Of a DNA stretch of 43,075 nt, positions 1 through 8,961 are shown piece by piece. A program made the translations under genes and the position numbers. Positions within the stretch are counted from its first letter, which is position 1, and each line of letters opens with the position of its first letter. Below the pieces are notes generated by a model. The model saw only the letters and a list, made by a program, of their open reading frames with translations. It did no database searches and had not been told where the DNA came from. Source of the stretch: Candidatus Krumholzibacteriota bacterium (GTDB lineage Bacteria; Krumholzibacteriota; Krumholzibacteriia; JAJRXK01); NCBI GenBank assembly GCA_963727455.1, contig CAVSGG010000002.1, forward strand, positions 1-43,075. Direction: 5' to 3'.

Positions 1-769
1 CGCCCTCACACACCGCTTCGGCCGCGCGCAAGCGCACAGGGGTGGGGGCCACGCTGCCAGCCGCGATGCGCACTTGCGACCAGCGTTCTTCCTCGTCCTT
101 CGCGTCGGGAATCGGGCCGCGCTCCGCGCACAGCGCCAGCACCACCTTGGAGATCGCCTGCGCACGCCGCGTGCCCACCTTCTTGAAGCGCTGATAGGAC
201 GGAACCGGCGGCAGCAGCACCGCGCTCAACAACTCCCCCGGCTTCAGCACCGTGGCGCGGTATCCGGTATAGAAGGAGTCGTAGGCGACCCGGCGCATTC
301 CATCGAGCCCCGCGATTTCCATTTCGGCGTTGAAGGCCAAGAGCACCGGCAGGCTGTCGCCGGCGGGCGAGGCGTTGACAACGTTGCCGCCCACCGTGGC
401 GCGATTCTGAATTTGGCGGCCGCCGATCTGCGACGCGGCCTCGGCGAGGATGGGATAGTGCTCGCGCACCAATGGGTGCTCGCGGATCTGCGAGAAGCTG
501 GTGGTGGCGCCGATGCGAAGCCCTTTGAAGCTCCTGGCCGAACCGCGCGCCGAACCCGACGCAGCGTGCAACTCTTCACCCTCTTCAAGTTCCCGAATGC
601 CGCGTAGCTCCTTGACTCGCAGAAGGTCGAGCACGCCCACTTGCTCCAGGCGTTCGACGGCGCCGCGCACCATCCAGTCGGTGCATCCGGACAAGGGCCG
701 CAGCGTGGGATCTTCGCGCAAGCGTTCCAGCGCGCTCTTCAGGCTGGTGGGGGAGAAGACTTCGCTCAT
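1..769 (-). CDS. Xanthine dehydrogenase/CO dehydrogenase family FAD-binding (medium) subunit, 3' end runs off the window
   Basis: Not in the ORF track because it has no stop in the window. Manual translation from ATG at 769 gives MSEVFSPTSLKSALERL..LSGCTDWMV..LRIGATT..QIQNRATVGGNVVNASPAGDSLPVLLA..KVGTRRAQAISKV..RIAAGSVAPTPVR, all FAD-subunit motifs. ATGA overlap with the stop of the 2Fe-2S subunit. Confidence 0.92.
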   Translation of the reverse strand, partial: MSEVFSPTSLKSALERLREDPTLRPLSGCTDWMVRGAVERLEQVGVLDLLRVKELRGIRELEEGEELHAASGSARGSARSFKGLRIGATTSFSQIREHPLVREHYPILAEAASQIGGRQIQNRATVGGNVVNASPAGDSLPVLLAFNAEMEIAGLDGMRRVAYDSFYTGYRATVLKPGELLSAVLLPPVPSYQRFKKVGTRRAQAISKVVLALCAERGPIPDAKDEEERWSQVRIAAGSVAPTPVRLRAAEAVCEG

Positions 770-1329
770 CGGCGTTCCCCCTTCGTGCCTTCGGGCCGCG
801 CCTTGCCATGGGCATCGCCCGCCGGCCGGGTCGCTCCCGCGCCCTCGGCTGCGCTGGTGTCGAATCCCCCGAGCACCGCTTCCGGTTCCTCCTGCAGGAC
901 GCGTAGGATGGCTTCGTAGCCGGTGCAGCGGCAGATGTTGCCGGCCAGTGCCTGCGCGATCGTCTCGCGCGAATTGGACTGCGAAGTCTCCAAGAGCTGC
1001 GCCGCGGAAAGCACGATGCCCGGGGTGCAGGCCCCGCACTGCGCGCCGCCGGCCCGGACGAAGCGCTCGAGATAGGCTTGGCCCTCGGCGGACTGGGCGA
1101 TCGCTTCCACCGTGACCACTTCGCGTCCATCCGCCTGCATCAGAGGTGTCAGGCACGAGAGCACGGTCTCGCCGTCGAGCAGAACCGTGCAGGCGCCGCA
1201 CTCGCCCTCGCCGCAACCTTCCTTGGTGCCGGTCAGTCCGAACTTCCGGCGCACCACGTCGAGCAGGCGGTCCGTGGGATTCCCTTCAGCTTCGACCATC
1301 TCCCCGTTCAAACGAAAGTGCACCTTCAT
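766..1329 (-). CDS. Xanthine dehydrogenase family (2Fe-2S)-binding small subunit
   Basis: C-terminal half of ORF 766..1851, from MKVHFRLNG: GTKEGCGEGECGACTV, QCGACTPG, GNICRCTGY. ATG at 1329 overlaps the TGA of the large subunit (ATGA). Confidence 0.95.
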   Translation of the reverse strand: MKVHFRLNGEMVEAEGNPTDRLLDVVRRKFGLTGTKEGCGEGECGACTVLLDGETVLSCLTPLMQADGREVVTVEAIAQSAEGQAYLERFVRAGGAQCGACTPGIVLSAAQLLETSQSNSRETIAQALAGNICRCTGYEAILRVLQEEPEAVLGGFDTSAAEGAGATRPAGDAHGKARPEGTKGERR

Positions 1330-3710
1330 GACGGGTTCGCCTCCATCCTCTCCAGCAATCGCTCGGGCACCGCCGGAATGGCGTCCACCACGATGCCCGT
1401 CGCGTTCTCGATGGCGGCGCACACGGCGGGAGCCGGGCCATCCATCGGCAACTCGCCCACTCCCTTGGCGCCAAAGGGCGGACCGCTCCAGGGCTGCTCC
1501 ATCATCTCCACTTGCATCTCGGGTGCATCGAGGATGGTGGGCACGATGTAGGTGGCCATGCGGTCGTTGAGAATGCGGCCCTCGTCGAACTTTAGGTCTT
1601 CCAGCAGCGCCCAACCGATCGCCTGCAACACGCCGCCTTCGATTTGGCCGCGGCACTGCACCTCGTGCAGCACCTTGCCGACCTCGCTCACCACCGTCGC
1701 TTTCTTGGCGCCCACCTCCAGGGTGTCCGGATCGACTTCCACCTCGATGACCTGCGCGGAATACGAATAAGTGGGATAGGCCGAACCGTGGTAGGTATCG
1801 TCGTCGAAGGTCTGCCACTTCGGCGGTTCGTTGCGCGCGGTGAATTCGCATTCGTTTCCCGCCTCGGCGTACTCGCGCGCGATTGCACAGAAGTTTCCCA
1901 CTGCGCCCTTGCTGCCGAGCACCCTGCTCGCCTCCACGCGCAGGGATTTCTCGCCGAGTTGCTGCTGTTTCCAGGAGAGCACGCGATCCACCAAGCCGCG
2001 CGCAGCCTTGGCTCCGGTGCCGCCCACGATCATGCTGGTGCGCGAGGCCACGGTAGGTCCGGAGTCGGGCACCACTGCGGTATCCGGATCGGCCATGAGC
2101 ACGTCGTCGAGCAGAAGCCCCGCTTCCTCCGCCGCGAGCATCGTCAGAGTGGAGATGGCGCCCTGTCCCATCTCGGTGGCCGCGGTGAGCAGTTCGACCT
2201 TTCCTTCGGGAGAAAGCCGCGCGGTGACCGGCGAGCGCATCTTCTCCTCACCCGAGCCGGTGAAGCCCGCGCCGTGAAAGGAGAGACTCAGACCGATCCC
2301 GCACAACGGCGCTGCGGTTCCGGGTCCGAAGGGCAGCGTGCGCGCCTTCTCCGATTCGAGCTTCCGCCAGCGCTTCGAGAAATCAGTCAGGGTCTCCACT
2401 CGATCCAGGACTGCGGCCGCGCTGCAGGAGTCGTCCATGACCTGGCCGGTGGGCAGTTTGTCGCCCGGACGCAGTACGTTTTGGCGCCGCAGGGTCAGAG
2501 GATCGATGCCGAGGGTGCGCGCGATGCGATCCATGTGCCGTTCCCACGCAAACTCCGATTGCGGCGCGCCGAATCCACGGAAGGCGCCGGTGGGCGTAGT
2601 GTTGGTGCGCAGCACGCGCCCTTCCACGCGCGCATGGGGAAGACGATAGGCGCCGGTCGCGTGCAGCAGACCGCGCGAGAGCACCACCGGCGAAAGCCCC
2701 AAGTAAGCGCCGCCGTCCAGATCGAAGTCGACTCGCGCCGCCACCAGAGTTCCGTCACGCTTCACCGCACTCTTGATGCGAGTGCGCGAGGGGTGGCGCT
2801 TGGTAGTGGCCACGATGTCTTCGTGCCGTTCGTAGACGATCTTGACCGGCTGCTTGGACGCGCGCGCCAAGAGCGCGGTGTGCGCCGCGATCAGACTGGG
2901 ATAGTCTTCCTTGCCGCCGAATCCGCCGCCCATCGGGCGGCCGACCACACGCAGCTGCTCGGGACCGAGACCGAAGACGTGCTGCAGGGCATTCTTCACG
3001 TAGTAGGGACACTGCAGCGAACCGGTGATGTACAGGTCGCCGTCGTCTTCCCAACGCGCCATCATTCCCTGGCATTCGATGTAGATGTGTTCCTGGTGCC
3101 CGCTGAAGTACTCGCCCTCGATGAGGACGAGCTCGTCCGCGTGGCCATGGGCAGCGTGCTCGTCGCCTTCATCGTCGCCGTCAGCTGGCGCGGCGTGCCC
3201 GCTGCCGCCGGCGCCCGACGCCGACTTCCCACTCTCGAGCGCGGCGAGAATCTGATCGCACTCGCCTTCCACCAGGGACAGCGTGTATAGGGGATCGACG
3301 GTGTCTCCGCCTTCAAAGCCCAAGACTGGATCCAGCAGCTCGTACTCGACCTTCACCGCTTGTGCCGCGCGCAATGCGTCTTCCCGCGTGCGCGCCGCCA
3401 CCAAGGCCACCGCCTCGCCCACATGGTGGACCTCGCTCTCGGCCAGGATGGGCCAGGCGTCATCCAGGATCTGCAGACCGTTGGCGCCGGGGATGTCGCG
3501 CGCCGTGACGAACACTGCTCCCTTGGGGGCGGCCTTTGCGTCGAATTCGAGGGAGCGGATCTTCGCGCAGGCATGAGGGCTGCGCACGGTCACACCGTGC
3601 CAGAATCCTCTGTCTGGCAGGTCGTCGAGATACTGCAGCTTGCCAGAAGTCTTGCCCTCGCCATCGCGGCGCAGCGGAGAGCTTCCCAAGAGCGATTTTC
3701 TTTCCGGCAC
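1326..3710 (-). CDS. Xanthine dehydrogenase family molybdopterin-binding large subunit
   Basis: Motifs QEHIYIE, MGGGFGGKED, KRHP, AFRGFGAPQ, EMGQG, DSGPTVASRT, GQIEGG, AKGVGELP. GTG start with GGAGG SD. Substrate cannot be determined from sequence by eye. Confidence 0.93.
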   Translation of the reverse strand: MPERKSLLGSSPLRRDGEGKTSGKLQYLDDLPDRGFWHGVTVRSPHACAKIRSLEFDAKAAPKGAVFVTARDIPGANGLQILDDAWPILAESEVHHVGEAVALVAARTREDALRAAQAVKVEYELLDPVLGFEGGDTVDPLYTLSLVEGECDQILAALESGKSASGAGGSGHAAPADGDDEGDEHAAHGHADELVLIEGEYFSGHQEHIYIECQGMMARWEDDGDLYITGSLQCPYYVKNALQHVFGLGPEQLRVVGRPMGGGFGGKEDYPSLIAAHTALLARASKQPVKIVYERHEDIVATTKRHPSRTRIKSAVKRDGTLVAARVDFDLDGGAYLGLSPVVLSRGLLHATGAYRLPHARVEGRVLRTNTTPTGAFRGFGAPQSEFAWERHMDRIARTLGIDPLTLRRQNVLRPGDKLPTGQVMDDSCSAAAVLDRVETLTDFSKRWRKLESEKARTLPFGPGTAAPLCGIGLSLSFHGAGFTGSGEEKMRSPVTARLSPEGKVELLTAATEMGQGAISTLTMLAAEEAGLLLDDVLMADPDTAVVPDSGPTVASRTSMIVGGTGAKAARGLVDRVLSWKQQQLGEKSLRVEASRVLGSKGAVGNFCAIAREYAEAGNECEFTARNEPPKWQTFDDDTYHGSAYPTYSYSAQVIEVEVDPDTLEVGAKKATVVSEVGKVLHEVQCRGQIEGGVLQAIGWALLEDLKFDEGRILNDRMATYIVPTILDAPEMQVEMMEQPWSGPPFGAKGVGELPMDGPAPAVCAAIENATGIVVDAIPAVPERLLERMEANPS

Positions 3711-3715
3711 GATTT

Positions 3716-3766
3716 CATCCTCCTGATTCCTGGAGGATGGAACGAACCGGGCTCACAGGCAAGCCC
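3716..3766 (-). promoter_or_regulatory. Two-hairpin leader; the downstream hairpin sequesters the SD of the Mo-enzyme large subunit
   Basis: Perfect 8-bp inverted repeat catcctcc (3716-3723) / ggaggatg (3732-3739) contains the minus-strand GGAGG SD. Second stem GGGCUUG/UGAGCCC (3749-3766) pairs through G-U only on the minus strand. Confidence 0.45.
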
Positions 3767-3810
3767 TTCGGGCGGAAAAACCCGGCGCGCCGCATCCAAC
3801 GCGCCGCATG

Positions 3811-6540
3811 CTAGCGGATCAGAGTCGCCTTCTGGCTGCGCTTTTGCCCCTCGGCTTTCAAAACGAAGGAATACACGCCCGAAGCCGCCGTGTGACCCGA
3901 GCCGTCTCTCCCGTCCCACTGCACGCTGCCATCTCCTTGGGGCAGATTTTGGTCGAGAAGCACGCGCACCAGCCTTCCTCTCAGATCGTAGATGGAGAGT
4001 TTGGCATGGCCGGCGCGCGCCAAGGCGTAGCGCAGAGTCACCCTCGGGTTGAAGGGATTGGGAACCGGCTCGTGCAGCACCAACTCGCGGCGCGTAGAGG
4101 GAGGCGCATCGGTGACCAAGGCGTCCTCCTGGAAGATGTCGGTGAGGATGGTGTGGATGTTGGCTTTCAGCTCGGGGTGGCTGTAGTAGTAGGGCCGCCC
4201 GGCAATGTGCGCGAAATGTCCACCGCTGTGACGGAGCACTCCGCCGCCGTCCGGCTGCCGCCACACCGCAATCGCGCGGGGAACGGAGAAGCTCGTGTCA
4301 TCCTCGAGCAGGGTGATCGATTCGGGTTGGTCGTAGGTTGTCTCGAAAACCGCGTTCTGATCCTGGGTGCCAATGAGCGGCATGTCCACCAAGCTCGGAT
4401 ACACCGCATGCGCTTGGTTGATGGTTGTGGTGGTGCCTTCGGCAAAACGGATTCCCGCGTAACCGGCGCGGAGAGGGGGGAGGAAAGTCTGACCGGTGCG
4501 GCACAGAAGCAGCAAGTTGCCGCCCTGCCTCAGGTAACTGAGGATGGAGGCGTTGTTCCACACCAGGAGATCGCCTCCGTAGTTGTTTCCCACCCACACG
4601 ACGGTCGAGAATTGACCGAGTGAATCCGCGGGAATGCTCCCATTTCCCAATGGTGTCGGCAACTCGGGGATGTAGCCACCGCTGGGAGGACTGAATGCAT
4701 CCCAGAACGAAAAAGGAAGACCTCCACTCAGGGTACTGTCGGCGTACTCGGAGGTAATCGTGCTGCCGTACGTACTCCAGGCCACGCCGTTCACCACCAG
4801 AATGCCGCGGTTGAAGCCCGGGGATTCGACCTTCTGCTCCACCGACTTCAAGATCCAGTCATCCGGGTCGAGCTCGACGGTCACGGGCTCGGCCGAAGTC
4901 GTCAGATGGAAGGTCTGGGTGAAGGCGTTGTTCTCCACTTTGAAATTCTCCACGCCCGAAGTCGTGGTCACCCGCAAGGGCACCGGCATCTCGTACAGCT
5001 TGTCCGACTGAAGCTGGTCGATGTCGACGGTGAGGTCCCAACTGCCACCTTGGTCCATTGCATTCCAGGAGTAAGTGTAGGTGGGGTAGTACTCGCCGTA
5101 GATCCAGTTCTGGAAGAAGTTGGAGAGGTTGCGCCCGCTCACGCTGGCCGCAAGAGCCTGGAAGTCCTCGGTGGTCGCAGTGCCGTACTGCACTGAGGGA
5201 TCCGCCGTCCAGGCGCGCATGATATCGAAGAAGGTCGTGTCGCCCACCATTCCGCGAAGCATGTGCAAGACCCAAGAGGCCTTGTCGTAGCTCAGGTTGC
5301 TATCGAAGATGCGATTCTCGTCGGAGAGATCTTCCGGCGGCACGTAGATGGTGCCCGGTCCGAAGTACTTCGTGCCCTCGACTTCGTTGTGATAGGCGGA
5401 GGAGCCACCGTTCGCTTCTTGCCAGAGTGCTTCCGCGTAGGTGGCGAAGCCCTCGTTCAGCCAGATGTGGGAGAAGGAGCGGCAGGTGATGGCGTCGCCG
5501 TACCACTGATGCGCCAATTCGTGCGCCATGATCCAATCCAGGAAGCAACAGATGCTGGTCGCGGTCTGGTGCTCCATTCCGCCGCCCCAGGGAAACTGAG
5601 CCTGGTCATATTTTTCGTCTACGAAAGGGTATTCTCCGAAAAGCGGCGCGAAGGCTTCGAGCTCGGAAACGACGGTATTCACCGCGGCCGCGGCCGAGGA
5701 GGAGCTTCCCAGGTAACTCCAGGCGTTCACCGGCATGACGGTGTTTCCATCCATGGAGGTGTAATACGCCGTGTGTCCGATATAGCGGTGCACCGCCAAC
5801 GAGATGAGATAGGCTGCGATGGGATGCTTCTCGAACCAGTTGAAAGTCTTCCACACAGTCTGCGTACTGGTGCTCTGCAAAACTCCATTGCTGATGGCGG
5901 TGAGCGCGCTGGGAACGGTGAGCTTGATGCGGGCGGAGTCGGCCTTGTCCGAGGGCGTATCCTTGCACGGCCACCAGGTGCGCGCTCCGTAGGGCTCGCT
6001 CAAAGACCAGATCATGGGATAGCCGTCCTGGGTGTCGAAGCCGAAGGCGCCCAAGCTCTCGTTGGGATGGCCCGAATAGTCGACGCTCACCTTGAAGCTC
6101 TGTCCATTCGCGTAGCTCTGGCCGAGAGCGATGTCGAGGACCCCCGAGCCGTGCGTGAAGGTCGTCGCTGCATCGTTGACTCGCGCCGCCCCCACGAGCA
6201 TCGCGCCGTCCAAATCCAATTCGACATGGTCGATCGGACCATCGACCACGCTGGCCGTCATCTCCATCGTCCCGCTTAAAATGGGAGTGTTCGGATCCAA
6301 CAGGAGGTCGAGGCTGTAGTAGCCCACATCGTACTTGGTCTGATTGGTGGAGGGAGCCTTGCTCGAGGCTCGCAGAAGATGCAGGGCTTTGGCTTTGCTT
6401 GCGGCCTCCTCACGGTGAAAAGAATTGCCCGGGGTGTCGTCGAACTTGGGCGCGGCCTGAGCTCGGCCCTGCAGGGCACTCGAGGGTGTATTCAACAAGA
6501 GGACGACAGCAAGGCCCAACCAGAGCAGTGCGGGTTTCAT
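3811..6540 (-). CDS. Secreted M1-family zinc aminopeptidase with C-terminal T9SS-type-A/FlgD-Ig-like domain
   Basis: Signal peptide MKPALLWLGLAVVLLLNTPSSA; GARTWWPC, GGMEH, HELAHQWYG..WLNEGFATY, YDKASWVLHMLR; C-terminus PNPFNP..SIYDLRGRLVR..WDGRD..ASGVY..KATLIR. Start moved from 6621 to ATG 6540 on the basis of the signal peptide. Confidence 0.93.
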   Translation of the reverse strand: MKPALLWLGLAVVLLLNTPSSALQGRAQAAPKFDDTPGNSFHREEAASKAKALHLLRASSKAPSTNQTKYDVGYYSLDLLLDPNTPILSGTMEMTASVVDGPIDHVELDLDGAMLVGAARVNDAATTFTHGSGVLDIALGQSYANGQSFKVSVDYSGHPNESLGAFGFDTQDGYPMIWSLSEPYGARTWWPCKDTPSDKADSARIKLTVPSALTAISNGVLQSTSTQTVWKTFNWFEKHPIAAYLISLAVHRYIGHTAYYTSMDGNTVMPVNAWSYLGSSSSAAAAVNTVVSELEAFAPLFGEYPFVDEKYDQAQFPWGGGMEHQTATSICCFLDWIMAHELAHQWYGDAITCRSFSHIWLNEGFATYAEALWQEANGGSSAYHNEVEGTKYFGPGTIYVPPEDLSDENRIFDSNLSYDKASWVLHMLRGMVGDTTFFDIMRAWTADPSVQYGTATTEDFQALAASVSGRNLSNFFQNWIYGEYYPTYTYSWNAMDQGGSWDLTVDIDQLQSDKLYEMPVPLRVTTTSGVENFKVENNAFTQTFHLTTSAEPVTVELDPDDWILKSVEQKVESPGFNRGILVVNGVAWSTYGSTITSEYADSTLSGGLPFSFWDAFSPPSGGYIPELPTPLGNGSIPADSLGQFSTVVWVGNNYGGDLLVWNNASILSYLRQGGNLLLLCRTGQTFLPPLRAGYAGIRFAEGTTTTINQAHAVYPSLVDMPLIGTQDQNAVFETTYDQPESITLLEDDTSFSVPRAIAVWRQPDGGGVLRHSGGHFAHIAGRPYYYSHPELKANIHTILTDIFQEDALVTDAPPSTRRELVLHEPVPNPFNPRVTLRYALARAGHAKLSIYDLRGRLVRVLLDQNLPQGDGSVQWDGRDGSGHTAASGVYSFVLKAEGQKRSQKATLIR

Positions 6541-6661
6541 GAAACCTCGATCTTCACGGGGAAGGGAGCGTAGGATCCGCTCGGAAAAGACCTCTAGAGG
6601 GCATACCTCTAAGGGTCGCATACGATCCTAACACAAATATGGATAGGAATTTCCTGCCTTC

Positions 6662-6690
6662 TTTTCAAGGGGGTGGGCGCATTGTACACT
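6662..6690 (+). promoter_or_regulatory. Possible sigma70 promoter for CBS-mqnC
   Basis: TTTTCA-17 nt-TACACT in an AT-rich divergent intergenic region. Confidence 0.3.
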
Positions 6691-6764
6691 TGAGAAAAGA
6701 ACGGCACTTTGCGCACCGAGTTCGTAGGGAATTCAGGGCGCTGTGAGCGAAAGGAGCTGAGACG

Positions 6765-7193
6765 ATGCAAGTCAAGCGCTGGATGTCACATCCCGTGATT
6801 ACCGTGCACGAAGATTGCCCGGCCGTCTTGGCCTTCCGCAAGATGTTGGAGAATCAGATCCGCAGGCTCCCCGTGGTGGATGAGGACGGAGCATTGGTGG
6901 GGATCATTGCCGATCGTGATCTTCGCGGACTTGCACTCCAGGCCATGAACGACAACCCGGAAGCGCACCGTCCCACGGACGCGGAAGTGCGGGTGAAGGA
7001 GCTCATGACCACCAAGGTCACCACCGTCAAGCCAGGCGACGATGTTCGTGAGGCGGCCTTACTCATGCTGTCCAACCGATTCACCGGACTGCCGGTGATG
7101 GACGGGCCCAAGCTGGTGGGGATGATCACCGTTACCGATCTCATGGAAATCCTGATTGCGGCCCTGGAGAACAAGGAGAGAGCACAAGCCTAG
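6765..7193 (+). CDS. Tandem CBS-domain protein
   Basis: Two CBS repeats: MSHPVITV..IRRLPVVDEDGALVGIIADRDL and LMTTKVTTV..GLPVMDGPKLVGMITVTDL. AAGGAG SD upstream. Confidence 0.93.
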   Translation: MQVKRWMSHPVITVHEDCPAVLAFRKMLENQIRRLPVVDEDGALVGIIADRDLRGLALQAMNDNPEAHRPTDAEVRVKELMTTKVTTVKPGDDVREAALLMLSNRFTGLPVMDGPKLVGMITVTDLMEILIAALENKERAQA

Positions 7194-7249
7194 AAATCGA
7201 TGGCTGGGCGTGGTCATGCGGGCGGCTCTGAAGTATCTTCCATGAATCT

Positions 7250-8377
7250 ATGGCTACGACCTACAGCAGTGATTCCCGGGTAGATTCGATTCTGCATGCC
7301 GCGGTGGACGGCGAGACCCTCGCCGGCGGCGAGATTCTTTGCCTCTTCGAGGATGCCGAACTGCACGCTTTGGGAAGAGCCGCGCACGAATTGCGTCTGC
7401 GTCGTTGCGATCCCGAATACGTCACCTATGTGATCGATCGCAACATCAACTACTCCAATATCTGCTACGTCGACTGCACCTTCTGTGCTTTCTATCGGCA
7501 CAAGAACGACGAAGAAGCCTACGTGCTCTCCACCGAAGAGCTGCACCGCAAGATTGAGGAGCTGCGGGCGATCGGTGGCTCGCAGATCCTGCTCCAGGGG
7601 GGGCACAATCCCAAGCTGCCCTTCTCCTGGTATCAGGAAACCCTCGCCGATCTCAAATCGCACTTCCCGGACATCCACATCCACGGCTTCAGCCCCAGCG
7701 AGATCGAGCACTTCGGCAAGCTCTTCAAGATGCCGACCCGGCAAGTGATCGCGGAGCTCCAAGAGGCCGGTCTGGACAGCATTCCCGGCGGGGGGGCGGA
7801 AATCCTCAACGACCGCGTCCGGCAGATTCTGGCGCCGACCAAGGTCAGCGCCTCGCGCTGGTGTGAAATCATGGAGGAAGCCCATTCTCTGGGCATGCGG
7901 ACGTCCGCCACCATGATGTTCGGACACGTGGAGACTCTCCCCGAAAGGGTCGAGCATCTTCTGCGCATTCGCGAGAGCCAAGCGCGCACCGGCGGTTATA
8001 CCGCCTTCATCTGTTGGAGCTTCCAACCCGGATTCACTCCCATGACAGAAAAGCAACCCGAGCAGCTGGCCCAGCTACCCGTGAGCGCGTTCAAGGGCAG
8101 TCAGGACTATCTGCGCACGCTCGCCATCTCGCGTCTGGCGTTGAACTCGATTGACAATTTTCAGGCATCGTGGGTCACCCAGGGTAAGAAGATCGGCCAA
8201 CTGACTCTCTTCTTCGGGGCCAACGATCTGGGCTCGACCATGATGGAGGAGAACGTGGTGAGCGAAGCCGGCGTGCGCTTCCGCCTGAGCAAGGAGGAGC
8301 TGAACGGTATGATTCAGGACGCTGGCTTCACTCCCGCCATCCGCGATAACACCTACCGCATCCGCGAAACAGTCTAG
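7250..8377 (+). CDS. mqnC: Cyclic dehypoxanthinyl futalosine synthase (radical SAM, menaquinone futalosine pathway)
   Basis: DRNINYSNICYVDCTFCAF (CxxxCxxC), LLQGGHNP, SIPGGGAEIL, ATMMFGHVE, QASWVTQG, GANDLGSTMMEENVV; the last two fit MqnC within the CofH/MqnC/MqnE family. Confidence 0.88.
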   Translation: MATTYSSDSRVDSILHAAVDGETLAGGEILCLFEDAELHALGRAAHELRLRRCDPEYVTYVIDRNINYSNICYVDCTFCAFYRHKNDEEAYVLSTEELHRKIEELRAIGGSQILLQGGHNPKLPFSWYQETLADLKSHFPDIHIHGFSPSEIEHFGKLFKMPTRQVIAELQEAGLDSIPGGGAEILNDRVRQILAPTKVSASRWCEIMEEAHSLGMRTSATMMFGHVETLPERVEHLLRIRESQARTGGYTAFICWSFQPGFTPMTEKQPEQLAQLPVSAFKGSQDYLRTLAISRLALNSIDNFQASWVTQGKKIGQLTLFFGANDLGSTMMEENVVSEAGVRFRLSKEELNGMIQDAGFTPAIRDNTYRIRETV

Positions 8378-8680
8378 CTACGGAGGAAATGCACTCCCGG
8401 GAGGACACTCTGGGAGGGACCGCTTGCGGGTATCGCTTGCTTGGGTCCCGGCGGATCGCCGCGCTCACCCTTTGGGCCCAACCGGTTCAACTCGCTGTCA
8501 CGCAAGGATATGGACGAATTTTTTGCCGCACAGCTCGGTTTCGCTCTTTCCCGCCCAGGTCTTTCCCTCACGATGGCACGGCTTGTGATACTTCAAGAGG
8601 ACGTTGAATGCCCTGCGAGTCCGAAGCTCTTTCTACCAATCTCGACACGGCTCCGGAAATACTTGGCATACAACACTTTA

Positions 8681-8880
8681 GGGTGACTTTGGACTTAGCC
8701 GGTGAAGACGGAAGCCCAAAGCCTCCCGGCGTCAACTGTAGCTCAAGGGGGACAGTTGAACCGCCGAGGGGACACCCGAAGAAGGGGCCGTGCTCGCACG
8801 GCCAGAAGTTCTCCGGCCGGGGCGCCGGCCGGAGAAAGTCGTCGAGTCCCCTTGGTGGAAAATGCTTGGTTCATTTCCAT
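8681..8880 (+). ncRNA. Unassigned multi-stem structured RNA (cis-regulatory leader or small RNA)
   Basis: Stems 8732-8739/8752-8759 (8 bp perfect), 8761-8773/8846-8858 (13 bp, 2 G-U), 8786-8792/8797-8803 (7 bp) and 8809-8820/8825-8836 (12 bp perfect), followed by an intrinsic terminator. No convincing ORF in the interval. Confidence 0.5.
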
Positions 8881-8882
8881 GG

Positions 8883-8920
8883 GAGAGGCCGGTACCCTGC
8901 GGGTGCCGGCCTTTCTGTTG
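8883..8920 (+). terminator. Intrinsic terminator upstream of the small membrane protein gene
   Basis: gagaggccggtaccc-tgc-gggtgccggcctttc (15 bp, 2 G-U) running into TTTCTGTTG. Confidence 0.65.
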
Positions 8921-8961
8921 CCTTCCACCGGCGCGCGCTCTCCACGCGGGAGGTTGAGATC

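Noticed and set aside
1-8377. Functional link between the XDH operon (hypoxanthine oxidation) and the futalosine pathway (MqnB releases hypoxanthine)
   Set aside because: The genes are divergent and separated by an unrelated peptidase, mqnB is not in the window, and the XDH substrate is unknown.
8574-8589. TGGCACG as a sigma54 -24 element
   Set aside because: The -12 position reads GTGA rather than TTGC; the required GC is missing.
8731-8742. CAACTGTA as a cobalamin riboswitch fragment
   Set aside because: No GGGAA, GCCACUG or B12-box elements in the expected positions.
8608-8961. N-terminal extension of ORF 8608..9231 and ORF 8702..8965
   Set aside because: They run through RNA stems and a terminator, have non-protein-like composition, and a good SD precedes TTG 8962.
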